From an uncultured Erysipelotrichaceae bacterium (GTDB lineage: Bacteria; Bacillota_I; Bacilli_A; RFN20; CAG-826): a DNA stretch of 64,000 nucleotides. The stretch spans positions 819-64,818 of the forward strand of contig CACZZG010000004.1 of assembly GCA_902785645.1 (NCBI GenBank), given 5' to 3'. The translations under genes were made by a program, and so were the position numbers. The notes under the pieces were generated by a model. That model ran no database searches. It was not told where the DNA came from and worked only from the letters and a program-made list of their open reading frames with translations. Within the stretch, counting starts at the first letter, position 1. Each line of letters begins with the position of its first letter. Shown here piece after piece: positions 1 through 9,063 of this stretch.

Positions 1-383
1 GACATTAAGAAAAATGTTGGGGCAACAATAATATAATCTGGTTTAGTTTCTTCCAAAATGGAACGATGCGCTTCCATGTTCGCAATATCGGTATTAAATT
101 TTGGAGCTTCAAGCATCTTTTCATTTACTGCTATACGTAAGAAACCCACTTTTGTATTGTTAATCCAAACATTACCTTGTTGGGTATGACTTAAAACAGC
201 TGTCGCGTTTTTCTCAGTCAAAATAAGGATTTGGTCGATTTCTGAATTGGAATAATTACTTAATGTAAAATCCATTAGTCCATAACGGCTTAAGAATGAT
301 AAAGCACCAAGTGGACGATTTTGAGTTAAAAGACCTAATGAAGGTGTATCGTGTAAATTACAAATACCTAAAACTTTATTCAT
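1..383 (-). CDS. glgD: Glucose-1-phosphate adenylyltransferase subunit GlgD, N-terminal part (3' end runs off the window)
   Basis: My own translation from ATG 383..381 gives MNKVLGICNLHDTPSLGLLTQNRPLGALSFLSRYGLMDFTLSNYSNSEIDQ..., which is GlgD-like. An AAGGAGG SD lies upstream. The start overlaps the glgC stop in a TAATG arrangement. It is absent from the ORF track because it is open to the window edge. Confidence 0.8.
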   Translation of the reverse strand, partial: MNKVLGICNLHDTPSLGLLTQNRPLGALSFLSRYGLMDFTLSNYSNSEIDQILILTEKNATAVLSHTQQGNVWINNTKVGFLRIAVNEKMLEAPKFNTDIANMEAHRSILEETKPDYIIVAPTFFLM

Positions 384-1513
384 TATTTCTTTCCTCCTTT
401 AGCGATAAGAACAACTTTATCGCTCTTAAGATTAATTCTCGCGTTTTCTTCAACCACAACGTTTGGCGCAATAATAGCGTTGTTAACTTTGGCGCCGACT
501 TTTACTCTCGCGCCCGCCATAATGACACATTTTGTACATAAGGCGTTTTCTTCAATAACTGCATCACTAGAAATGACACAGCAATCAACTTTTCCAAGAA
601 TAACTGATCCTTGGTTTGCGATACTGCGAGTAATTGAACCTTGAGGTCCAATATATTGAGGGACACTATAAGTGTCTTCTGTATAAATGCGGGTGCTTCT
701 AGAACCATCATAAAGGTCGAGAAGTCTATTATCTAAAGCAATGTCCATATTAGCTTGGTGCAAGGAAGCTAAAGTACCAACATCTCTCCAATATCCTTTA
801 AAACGATAAGCTTGTAATTTCAACTTATTATTAAGCATGTTTGGAATGATATTATTTCCAAAGTCATGTTCAGATTTTGGATCTTTACTATCAGCGACGA
901 GATATTTGCGTAATGTCTTCCAGGTAAAGACATAAACACCCATAGATGCTAAATTGCTCTTCGGTTGTTTTGGTTTTTCTTGGAATTCGACGATACGATC
1001 ATTTTTATCAACCGCCATAATACCGAAACGGCTAGCTTCGGCAGGATCAACTTCAATGACAGAAATTGTGGCATCAGCACCACTTTCTTCATGCAAATCA
1101 ATCATATCGTTATATAAGGTCTTATAGATGTGGTCACCAGAAAGGATTAAAACATAGTCTGGATTGTTATCATCTAAGAAGTCGATGTTTTGTGTAATAG
1201 CGTCGGCTGTTCCTTTATACCAATTAGCGCCTTGTTCGGTTTGCCTTGGTGCCAATGATGTCATAAGGGAGTGAACGCCATTAAGACCCCATTTTTCACC
1301 GTTTCCGACATAAGCATCTAGATCGGTAGATTCATATTGGGTTAAAACGCCAATTGTGTTGATTCCGCTATTAGCGCAGTTGCTAAGAGGGAAGTCAATA
1401 ATACGATATTTCGCTGCAAAAGATACAGCGGGTTTTGCGGTTTTCTTAGTGAGGGCTTCAAGACGTGTGCCTTTACCTCCAGCAAGAATCATCGCGACTA
1501 CTTTTTTGGACAT
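383..1513 (-). CDS. glgC: Glucose-1-phosphate adenylyltransferase
   Basis: N-terminal AMILAGGKGTRL nucleotidyltransferase motif, and a left-handed beta-helix-like C-terminus. AAGGAG SD upstream. Followed by glgD, as in Bacillota glg operons. Confidence 0.93.
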   Translation of the reverse strand: MSKKVVAMILAGGKGTRLEALTKKTAKPAVSFAAKYRIIDFPLSNCANSGINTIGVLTQYESTDLDAYVGNGEKWGLNGVHSLMTSLAPRQTEQGANWYKGTADAITQNIDFLDDNNPDYVLILSGDHIYKTLYNDMIDLHEESGADATISVIEVDPAEASRFGIMAVDKNDRIVEFQEKPKQPKSNLASMGVYVFTWKTLRKYLVADSKDPKSEHDFGNNIIPNMLNNKLKLQAYRFKGYWRDVGTLASLHQANMDIALDNRLLDLYDGSRSTRIYTEDTYSVPQYIGPQGSITRSIANQGSVILGKVDCCVISSDAVIEENALCTKCVIMAGARVKVGAKVNNAIIAPNVVVEENARINLKSDKVVLIAKGGKK

Positions 1514-1615
1514 AGAAAAATCTCCTTGCAGATTAAGTATATCATGTGCATACGCGTAAAGTAATAAGAAAACAAACTCTTTTTATATTTAAAGGCACGA
1601 TATAAACTATTTGGT

Positions 1616-2071
1616 ATGAAAGTTAGGATATCAATTTGGAGAACACTTCCAGCTTTATTGGGTCTAGTCCTTGTTGCGGGTGGTATTATTTTTGCCTTAA
1701 CTTTTAATCTATTTTTAAAGCCAATTACCCAATGGAACTGGGCGCCATACACCATTATTGGTATCTGGTTAGCGACTTCAATCGTCTTAATTGTTCTTAA
1801 TTCTTTTATGAATTATTACGAGGTATATCGCAAATATGTCGTGGTCCATAAAGGGTTTAGAAAACTCATATATTATTACAGTGATGTAGTTTATATAGAT
1901 GAAGAGAAATCTGAAAGAAAAAAGATGATCCATTTCGTTACAAGACATGGTCATGCAAGATATTTATATTTTGATTCAAAGAATCTTCTCTATCCAGCTT
2001 TCCTTCAATACTGTAAGAATAGACTCTCTTACGAAGAGTACAAAATGAAATTTCCGCAGGTTAAATTATAG
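1616..2071 (+). CDS. Small membrane protein: two TM helices plus a PH-like (YdbS/DUF304-like) C-terminal domain
   Basis: Two hydrophobic segments followed by a basic/aromatic soluble domain. The family call is tentative. Confidence 0.5.
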   Translation: MKVRISIWRTLPALLGLVLVAGGIIFALTFNLFLKPITQWNWAPYTIIGIWLATSIVLIVLNSFMNYYEVYRKYVVVHKGFRKLIYYYSDVVYIDEEKSERKKMIHFVTRHGHARYLYFDSKNLLYPAFLQYCKNRLSYEEYKMKFPQVKL

Positions 2072-2086
2072 TTAGTTATATAAATG

Positions 2087-2124
2087 AGTTATCTAATCAA
2101 TGAGAAAAGATAACTTTTCTTTAT
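2087..2124 (+). terminator. Candidate intrinsic terminator after the 1616..2071 gene
   Basis: Stem agttatct/agataact (2087..2094 / 2108..2115) followed by a T-rich run. The loop is long (13 nt). Confidence 0.35.
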
Positions 2125-2148
2125 GTTTTCAATTTGTTGAAATGTTTA

Positions 2149-2177
2149 TTGCAACAATTATTGACTTGTGGTAAGAT
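2149..2177 (+). promoter_or_regulatory. Candidate sigma-A promoter of rpmB
   Basis: TTGCAA (2149..2154), 17-nt spacer, TAAGAT (2172..2177), with TG at the extended -10 position. Confidence 0.35.
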
Positions 2178-2205
2178 TTCCAAAGTGAATTAGGAGGACT
2201 ACGAT

Positions 2206-2400
2206 ATGTCAAGAGTATGCCCAGTAACAGGAAAAGGACCAATCAGTGGTAATAACCGTTCCCACTCATTAAGAGCTACACGCCGTAGATGGAATTGTAA
2301 TCTCCAAACCAGAACTGTTGTAGTTGATGGAAAAGAAATGCGCGTTCGCATGTCCACACGTGCCTATCGCAGTCTCAACAAACAATACAAAGAGAGATAA
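2206..2400 (+). CDS. rpmB: 50S ribosomal protein L28
   Basis: MSRVCPVTGKGPISGNNRSHSLRATRRRWNCNLQ is a typical bL28 N-terminus. AGGAGG SD upstream. Confidence 0.95.
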   Translation: MSRVCPVTGKGPISGNNRSHSLRATRRRWNCNLQTRTVVVDGKEMRVRMSTRAYRSLNKQYKER

Positions 2401-2418
2401 AATTATTACTGATTATAA

Positions 2419-2446
2419 GAAAAGCGACAAATCGTCGCTTTTTTTG
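2419..2446. terminator. Bidirectional intrinsic terminator between convergent rpmB and the 2450..3118 gene
   Basis: Hairpin agcgac-aaatc-gtcgct (2423..2439), flanked by an A-run and a T7 run. Confidence 0.7.
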
Positions 2447-2449
2447 TTT

Positions 2450-3118
2450 CTATATAATGGTCAATAACACAATCAAAAGAACATCATCTATTAATAAAGA
2501 GAAGAACATAATCCATTCAGAGAAGGCCATCATAATGTATTTAGGTCTAACGTAATATTCATTCCCTTTTTCATCAGTTGCCACATTCATTTTGATATTA
2601 AGAGATAATTTTGGATTCATCGTTAATGCAAAATTGAATAACGCCACTATTGCAGCAACAATTAATAAGACTAAGGCTATTACGTTTTTACTTTCGCGAT
2701 AATGATCCCAACTTGCTAAAGCAATTGATGCCGGGCAAATAAAGCTCACAGCAAATAAGAATATAGAAATAATTAAGAACGTTTTGAGATATTTGATTGG
2801 CACAAAGTTCAATACAATAATCAATATTGAATAGATGATTCCAGATATTAGAACAAATAAGACAAGACCATTTTTATTATTATAAACTGCGGTAAGAGAA
2901 TAAAATGCGATGGAAAAAAGCATGCTCATTACCAAAGAAACATTTCCAAGAGGATTATCAAAGAATTTACTTTCATAATTAAATTCATAAGGAAAATGAT
3001 TTCTTAGATCGTATTTATCTTTAAATCTTCTTTTATAGTTATTAGATGAAAAGAAAAAATAAGCGAAGAAAAAGAGAATGGATGAAGATGCTAAACCGAT
3101 GAGCCAACCAATACCCAT
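2450..3118 (-). CDS. Polytopic membrane protein, function unknown
   Basis: About six hydrophobic helices. The start overlaps the rpe stop by 1 nt. It occupies the slot where thiN sits in Bacillus. Confidence 0.55.
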   Translation of the reverse strand: MGIGWLIGLASSSILFFFAYFFFSSNNYKRRFKDKYDLRNHFPYEFNYESKFFDNPLGNVSLVMSMLFSIAFYSLTAVYNNKNGLVLFVLISGIIYSILIIVLNFVPIKYLKTFLIISIFLFAVSFICPASIALASWDHYRESKNVIALVLLIVAAIVALFNFALTMNPKLSLNIKMNVATDEKGNEYYVRPKYIMMAFSEWIMFFSLLIDDVLLIVLLTII

Positions 3119-3777
3119 TATTCTTTTAATCCCTCAATACGTTTTGCCAAATCATCGTGGCCAAATAGATAAGAGCCGGCAACGAGAACATCAACGCCTG
3201 CTTCTTTGCAAAGCTTTGCGGTTTCTCCATTGATTCCGCCATCAACTTCAATTAAACAAGGCAGACCTTTTTCATCAATAGCTCTTCTTAAATAAGCAAT
3301 TTTATCTAAAGCGGATGGAATAAAAGATTGTCCACCAAAACCTGGTTCAACCGACATAACTAAAACCAAATCTAATTTTTCTAAGAACTTATCTAATATT
3401 TCAACTTTAGTATTTGGCTTAATTGATAAACCGGCTTTGCCATTTAAAGAATGAATAAGATCGATAACTTCAAAGACTTCTTGATCATCTTTACAAGCCT
3501 CATAATGGAAGGTTAAAAATTCAGCACCACTTTTAATAAATTCTGGAGCGTATTTCTTAGGTTCAGAAATCATAATATGAACATCGTTAACCATAGAATG
3601 TGATTTACTAATGCTCTTTAAAACAGGGATTCCAAATGAAATATTAGGGACAAAATGTCCATCCATAACATCAAAATGGAGCCAATCAGCTTTGGCCTTT
3701 TCGACTTCTTTAATATCATGAAGTAAATTATTGAAATCAGCGCTTAAAATTGATGGAGCAACTAGAATCTTTTTCAT
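3118..3777 (-). CDS. rpe: Ribulose-phosphate 3-epimerase
   Basis: APSILSADF, HFDVMDGHFVPN and VDGGI motifs. Confidence 0.95.
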   Translation of the reverse strand: MKKILVAPSILSADFNNLLHDIKEVEKAKADWLHFDVMDGHFVPNISFGIPVLKSISKSHSMVNDVHIMISEPKKYAPEFIKSGAEFLTFHYEACKDDQEVFEVIDLIHSLNGKAGLSIKPNTKVEILDKFLEKLDLVLVMSVEPGFGGQSFIPSALDKIAYLRRAIDEKGLPCLIEVDGGINGETAKLCKEAGVDVLVAGSYLFGHDDLAKRIEGLKE

Positions 3778-4640
3778 CGTTCATACCTCTTATTTTTATA
3801 TATACTTTGTTCAGATAATTTTAAATAACAATCATAGGCAATTTGAGGATATTCACCCTTTTGTAATGCCTCTTTAACTGTACATCTATTTTCAGTGATG
3901 TGAAGACAATTAGAATAATAACAATTGGTGAATTTTTCAGCAAAACCAGGGTAAAATTGCGCTAAATCTTCCTTAAATAAATCTAATTCTAATGATGAGA
4001 ACCCAGGTGTATCAGCGATATATCCGCCCTCATAAGGAAGGAGAATCACTTCTTTTGTTTGGTGCTTTCCTCTACCAAGAGCTTTTGAATAATCATTGAC
4101 CCTTCTTTCGTAATCAGGATCGATAGAATTGATTAAGGAAGATTTACCGACACCACTTTGTCCAATTAAACAAGTGATATGGTCTTTAAATAGATGACGA
4201 ATTTCATCTAAACCGACTTTGGTTTTATTTGAGACGACATATACTTCAATTCCTAATGCGGAGTATGTGTTTTTAATCTCATCAATCAAAGTCAAATCAT
4301 CTTGTTTATCGAGTTTGGTTAAAATAATTTTAGCCTTGATATTATTCATATTTGCATAGGTTAAATATTTGAACGCTAATAAATAGGAAAATTCAGGTTC
4401 TTTTAATGATTCAATTATTAACATTTGGTCGATATTTGCAATTGGAGGCCTTTTAAGATAATTCACTCTATCGAAGACTTTTTCAATGATATAGCTATTA
4501 TCATTGATTTCAACATAATCCCCCACTGTCGGCTTGATATTTCTACTTCTAAAAATTCCTCTTGCGGGTGCATGGAAAATAACTCCATCAACATCGATAG
4601 AATATGTTCCACAACTTAAAGCAACAATTCTTCCTTGCAT
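3774..4640 (-). CDS. rsgA: Ribosome small-subunit biogenesis GTPase RsgA (CpgA)
   Basis: Circularly permuted GTPase: TKLD ... GQSGVGKSSL. C-terminal Zn-finger cysteines (CYYSNCLH..C). Confidence 0.92.
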   Translation of the reverse strand: MQGRIVALSCGTYSIDVDGVIFHAPARGIFRSRNIKPTVGDYVEINDNSYIIEKVFDRVNYLKRPPIANIDQMLIIESLKEPEFSYLLAFKYLTYANMNNIKAKIILTKLDKQDDLTLIDEIKNTYSALGIEVYVVSNKTKVGLDEIRHLFKDHITCLIGQSGVGKSSLINSIDPDYERRVNDYSKALGRGKHQTKEVILLPYEGGYIADTPGFSSLELDLFKEDLAQFYPGFAEKFTNCYYSNCLHITENRCTVKEALQKGEYPQIAYDCYLKLSEQSIYKNKRYER

Positions 4641-5521
4641 TATTTAAAACCAAATATCTTTGAGAAAATATTTTTCTTTTCCTTAAAATTCTTTGGATCT
4701 TCTTTAAGTTTAAGAAGGTCCTTATATAACTCATCCGCTGTTTCGTATCTATCCTTAGGATTCTTCATTGTGCATTTAGAAATAATTCTTTCCACTTCTT
4801 TTGGACAGTTTGGTAAATATTTCTTCACGGATGGGAATTTCTCTTTCACGTGTGCGACTGCAATATCAATAGCTTTTTGCTTATTAAATGGAACGCGGCC
4901 AGTAATTAATTCAAAAAATGTAACTCCTGCTGAATAAATATCTGATCTACCAGTGGCGGGTTTACCTAAAGTAATTTCTGGTGCTAAGTAGTGAACGGAA
5001 CCAACGATTTCAGAATTAATAGAATTAATCTCGTTAATTTCATTTTGTGCGATGCCAAAATCGCCAAGTTTGATGGTTCCATCACCCATAACATATAAAT
5101 TGTCCGGTTTTACATCACGATGAACAATTCCATGGGCATGTGCGTATGATAACGCGGCCGCGAGTTGAATCATGTAATCAATTGCTTCTTCCAAAGGAAG
5201 AGCACTTCTAAAGTCCAAAACTTCTTTGAGGTTTTGACCTTTGATATATTCGTTGGCGATATATGGAACACCATCAATGGTGCCGTGATTATAAACTTTG
5301 ACGATATTTGAGTGATTTAAAGACGCGGCAATAGAGGCCTCGTTTTGGAAACGTCTTAAATTGACTGGGTCTTTCATGACGTCTTCCCTAATTAATTTAA
5401 TCGCCACTACTCTTTTGGTGATAATATCTGTGCCTTCATATACTTCGGCCATACCACCATGCCCAATTCTGGCATTGATGCGGTAGCGATCATCGACTAA
5501 TGAACCTATTTTAAGTGGCAT
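4640..5521 (-). CDS. prkC: Ser/Thr protein kinase, catalytic domain only (no TM segment, no PASTA repeats)
   Basis: Hanks motifs GHGGMAEVY, VAIK, HRDVKPDN, DFG and APE. I trimmed the start to ATG 5521..5519 (GGGAGG SD, TAATG overlap with the prpC stop). Confidence 0.9.
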   Translation of the reverse strand: MPLKIGSLVDDRYRINARIGHGGMAEVYEGTDIITKRVVAIKLIREDVMKDPVNLRRFQNEASIAASLNHSNIVKVYNHGTIDGVPYIANEYIKGQNLKEVLDFRSALPLEEAIDYMIQLAAALSYAHAHGIVHRDVKPDNLYVMGDGTIKLGDFGIAQNEINEINSINSEIVGSVHYLAPEITLGKPATGRSDIYSAGVTFFELITGRVPFNKQKAIDIAVAHVKEKFPSVKKYLPNCPKEVERIISKCTMKNPKDRYETADELYKDLLKLKEDPKNFKEKKNIFSKIFGFK

Positions 5522-6276
5522 TATTCTCTCGCCTCCCAAATTACTACCGCGATATTATCTGATCCGCCGTTACTATTAGCTAAAGAAACTAATTCATTAA
5601 CTTTTTGATCAGGTGTATCGTTTCCTTTTAAGATTGAAAGTAAATCTTTTTCCGGAACGTTATTATATAAACCATCACTGCACACAAGAATTGTATCGTT
5701 TAAATAAGGGATGGTTTTAATATCTAAATCCAAACTAGGGTAAATGCCTAAAGCATTCATTAAAACGTGTCTTTTTGGATGAGTGGCGATTTCTTCTTTA
5801 GTGATTTCACCAGTTCTATATAAATATTCAACATAAGTTTGGTCTTCTGTAATTTGTGTTAAGATGCGGTTTCTAAAAGAATAAGCTCTTGAATCACCGA
5901 CTTGAGCAACAACCATATAATCATTAATGATTAATACTAATGTAATCGTTGTACCCATTCCATTATATGTTTCACTTTTAGTGGCTTGTCTAAATACCGC
6001 AGAGTTTGCTTCTCTAATGGTGTTAGCAACCCAACGTTTAGCAAAAAATTTACTGTTAAATCTATCTTTGTTTTGGAAAGCTTCGGTGATATATTCAATC
6101 GCCATAGAAGAGGCTAAGTCGCCTTTATTTTGACCACCCATTCCATCACAAACAACAAGCAAAATATTTCCGCGAGAATTGGTTAAAGCAACCGCACGGT
6201 CTTCATTATTTACTCTGACTTTACCGATATCTGTTTTAAATGAATAACGGCCATAAATATATTTCTTAGTTGCCAT
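5521..6276 (-). CDS. prpC: PP2C-family Ser/Thr phosphatase
   Basis: NEDR, DGMGG, VCSDGL and GGSDN motifs. I trimmed the start to ATG 6276..6274 (GAGGGTG SD); the track start at 6288 is GTG. Confidence 0.9.
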   Translation of the reverse strand: MATKKYIYGRYSFKTDIGKVRVNNEDRAVALTNSRGNILLVVCDGMGGQNKGDLASSMAIEYITEAFQNKDRFNSKFFAKRWVANTIREANSAVFRQATKSETYNGMGTTITLVLIINDYMVVAQVGDSRAYSFRNRILTQITEDQTYVEYLYRTGEITKEEIATHPKRHVLMNALGIYPSLDLDIKTIPYLNDTILVCSDGLYNNVPEKDLLSILKGNDTPDQKVNELVSLANSNGGSDNIAVVIWEARE

Positions 6277-7315
6277 AAACACCCTCACTTTTTGCTTTTA
6301 ATTGTCCACATGCAGCATCAATATCACTACCAAACTCTTTTCTAATAGTGGCGGTCACACCACCTTTAGTTAAATAATCAAGGAAGGCGTGAACACGATT
6401 TCCGCTGCTTCTTTTATAATCGTTTTTATTTGTTTCGTTATAAGGGATGAGATTAACATAACCCATCGTGCCCTTAATTAATTTTATTAATTGTTCCGCA
6501 TGTTCTTTTGTATCGTTGATACCTTCTAAAAGAAGATATTCATATGTTACTCTTCTTCCAGAAATAGATTCATATTCTTTAACAGCCGGCATTAAAACTT
6601 CTAATGGATAAGCTTTATTTATTTTCATTAATGAATTTCTTAGTTCATTATTTGGAGCATGCAATGATATAGCCAAATTGGTTTGTAAACCTTCTCTAGC
6701 ATACTTTTTAATTCCTTCAACAATACCACAGGTTGAAACAGTAATGTGTCTAGCACCAATTGCTAAACCTTTTTGTGCATTGATAATACGGATAAAATCC
6801 ATAACATTATCATAATTGTCGAATGGCTCGCCTGTTCCCATGACTACTACATGTGTCACATGCATACCTTTGCCCTCTTCTCTTAAGAGATCGTTAATGA
6901 CCATAATTTGGCCAACCATCTCTTCTGGTTTGAGGTTTCTTTGTCGACCTAAAATACCAGAGGAGCAGAACGAACAACCCATATTGCATCCAACTTGACT
7001 AGAAACGCACACAGCGCATCCATAGTTATATCGCATGAGCACGCACTCAACCTTCATGTGATCTTCAAGTTCAACGAGCAATTTAATCGTTCCATCTTTA
7101 CTGACTTGTTTAAGGAATATTTTTGGTAGTTCTAAACAATATTTTTCTTTAAGAACTTCACGGAATTTAATGGAAATATCCGTCATTTCATCAAAACTAC
7201 GGGCATTCTTTTCATAAATCCAAGTGTAAAGCTGGATAGCGCGATATGGTTTTTGACCTTCGCTAACCATTAATTCTTGTAGTTTCTTCATTTCCATTCC
7301 GTAAAGATTAATCAT
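6266..7315 (-). CDS. rlmN: 23S rRNA/tRNA adenine-C2 methyltransferase RlmN (radical SAM)
   Basis: CNMGCSFCSSG radical-SAM cluster and the C-terminal ACGQL motif. Start trimmed to M19 of the track ORF (7315..7313), which overlaps the upstream stop by 8 nt. Confidence 0.92.
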   Translation of the reverse strand: MINLYGMEMKKLQELMVSEGQKPYRAIQLYTWIYEKNARSFDEMTDISIKFREVLKEKYCLELPKIFLKQVSKDGTIKLLVELEDHMKVECVLMRYNYGCAVCVSSQVGCNMGCSFCSSGILGRQRNLKPEEMVGQIMVINDLLREEGKGMHVTHVVVMGTGEPFDNYDNVMDFIRIINAQKGLAIGARHITVSTCGIVEGIKKYAREGLQTNLAISLHAPNNELRNSLMKINKAYPLEVLMPAVKEYESISGRRVTYEYLLLEGINDTKEHAEQLIKLIKGTMGYVNLIPYNETNKNDYKRSSGNRVHAFLDYLTKGGVTATIRKEFGSDIDAACGQLKAKSEGVYGN

Positions 7316-8561
7316 TTGAAACCTCTTTTTTAAGTACCGCGAAATAGAAAAGTGTTTGGTATTTATCAAATGGGAATAATTGAATTTCTTTTTCTAATTT
7401 AAAGTTAGGAGCAACTTTTAAGAACTTGCGAATAACTCCTTTGCTTTCGTTTTTGCAGAATGTCGGGATGAAATAAACTAAATATCCTCCATCCTCAACA
7501 TGTGCACTGGCATTAATAAGTGCATTATATTCATCATTTATGAATGAATCCAAATCTTCTTGCTTGATTTTCAAGAAATAATCTGGCTTATCTTTGAGAT
7601 TGAGGAATGAGGAATTATTTGGACAAACAAAGAATGTATGAACCGGTTTTGAGATGCATGTAAGTATCGCATCCTCACTACATTCAAAAAGTGATATATC
7701 AGTAAGACCAAGTTGCTTAATAGCTTTATTAGTTTCAAAGAAATGTTGTTGGTTGCCGCATAGATAATCTGCCTTAAAACCAGCACCTAGTCTCATGGCA
7801 AGTTCATATAACAATTGATTATTACAAGCACAATAAAAAGCAATTCCACGATAAGGGTCGACATCTAAATCGGTTAATAACAATGAATAACATGGAGAGT
7901 AATTGAATGCATCGCCGTTAATGATTGACTCATGTTTTCTAATATTGCCTTTTTCACAATATTTAACAAAATAATCGTCAAAAAGTGGCTCAAAACCGCT
8001 ATATTTTTCAAGAAATTGTTCTCTCGTGAGTTCTCGAGTATTAACTCTAGCAAATAAATTTTGGGATTTATAAATAGAAGGGAACAAGCGCTTTTTAAAT
8101 AAATCTCCAGCATTTTTCTCCCACATGTCAACTACCCACAAAGGAAGATTATATCTAATGGATAAATACTTTTTACTACCTAAAGTAATGTCTTCCGGTA
8201 TAAGAGACTTTTCATTAGAAAAAGTTTCGATAAAAGATTTCACATCATCTAATTCAGATTCTTTTTCGATGAATTTTAATAATGATTCTTCTTCAAATCT
8301 CTTAGAGAACAAGCGATTAGCAATACCCATCGCTAATAAAATAAATTTAGATTCTTTGATCTCGCCATAATGACGAGTAATGATCTCTTTGAACAAATAA
8401 TAATGTCTTAAAACACTTCCACTAGAAGCAGAAATTACATTCTTCAAAGAAGGATCGGCTCTTTTTTCTTTTTTAATCTCGGAATTAATTGCCAAGTTAA
8501 AAGAAAGCCCTTCTTCAATTACTCTAGATAAGACATTAAATGTATGTTCAAAATCTCTCAT
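7308..8561 (-). CDS. RsmB/Sun-like protein (NusB-like N-domain) with degenerate methyltransferase motifs
   Basis: It sits in the rsmB position between priA and rlmN. GGYLVYFIPTFCKNES resembles the RsmB motif VI region, but the SAM loop reads FYCACNNQLL instead of DLCAAPGGKT. Confidence 0.6.
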   Translation of the reverse strand: MRDFEHTFNVLSRVIEEGLSFNLAINSEIKKEKRADPSLKNVISASSGSVLRHYYLFKEIITRHYGEIKESKFILLAMGIANRLFSKRFEEESLLKFIEKESELDDVKSFIETFSNEKSLIPEDITLGSKKYLSIRYNLPLWVVDMWEKNAGDLFKKRLFPSIYKSQNLFARVNTRELTREQFLEKYSGFEPLFDDYFVKYCEKGNIRKHESIINGDAFNYSPCYSLLLTDLDVDPYRGIAFYCACNNQLLYELAMRLGAGFKADYLCGNQQHFFETNKAIKQLGLTDISLFECSEDAILTCISKPVHTFFVCPNNSSFLNLKDKPDYFLKIKQEDLDSFINDEYNALINASAHVEDGGYLVYFIPTFCKNESKGVIRKFLKVAPNFKLEKEIQLFPFDKYQTLFYFAVLKKEVSND

Positions 8562-8563
8562 AG

Positions 8564-9013
8564 TTATTTATTAAGTCCTGCAAAGATGTCGCCAGTATAA
8601 ATTTGATCTTCCTCTTCACCTTCTTCAAGGTCTTCAGGATATTCATTATCAACATCAACTAAATTTTCTTCGCTGATATAGCGTGGATAATCAGGATTTA
8701 TTTTTGTATAGCGGTCATCTTCTGAATAATATTTGAACTCAACAGTGACATGAATGGCAACATCACCAATACCATGTAACATTAGTTCCGCCATATGGTC
8801 TTGAAGAACAGAAACTTTCTTAGGGGCATCAACTAAAATCAAAATGTTCCAAGATGTTTGTTCGACGCCTTTATGAAACATCATCGCATTAGGTGCAATA
8901 AAATTAACTTCATCTTCATCAACTTCATATAATTTCGCAATTAAAGGAGTCAGTTCTCTGGATAAATTTCCAACAACGAATTGATCGAGACCATAAATAG
9001 TAATTGTAATCAT
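8564..9013 (-). CDS. Small cytoplasmic protein, DUF1904/tautomerase-like N-domain with an acidic tail (tentative)
   Basis: MITITIYGL...EVDEDEVNFIAP...W.ILILVDAP pattern, with a C-terminal EDLEEGEEED tract. GAGGA SD. Confidence 0.4.
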   Translation of the reverse strand: MITITIYGLDQFVVGNLSRELTPLIAKLYEVDEDEVNFIAPNAMMFHKGVEQTSWNILILVDAPKKVSVLQDHMAELMLHGIGDVAIHVTVEFKYYSEDDRYTKINPDYPRYISEENLVDVDNEYPEDLEEGEEEDQIYTGDIFAGLNK

Positions 9014-9063
9014 AAAAAAATCCTCGTATGTAATTATAATACAAGGATATACATTTTTATATA

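Noticed and set aside
383-385. The recurrent 1-nt TAATG stop/start overlaps (383, 3118, 4640, 5521, 13795, 52938, 53540, 63123). I considered them as a special signal.
   Set aside because: This is ordinary translational coupling in compact AT-rich operons. It was useful for choosing starts but is not a novel feature.
296-541. The plus-strand 81-aa ORF, and the many other 60-126-aa ORFs antisense to long genes (for example 4635..4937, 10523..10867, 17644..17997, 23831..24181, 33649..34002, 34382..34762, 36609..36935, 41666..42022).
   Set aside because: All are fully embedded opposite well-supported conserved genes. They lack SD sequences and have low-complexity, Leu/Ser/Ile-rich translations typical of antisense frames.
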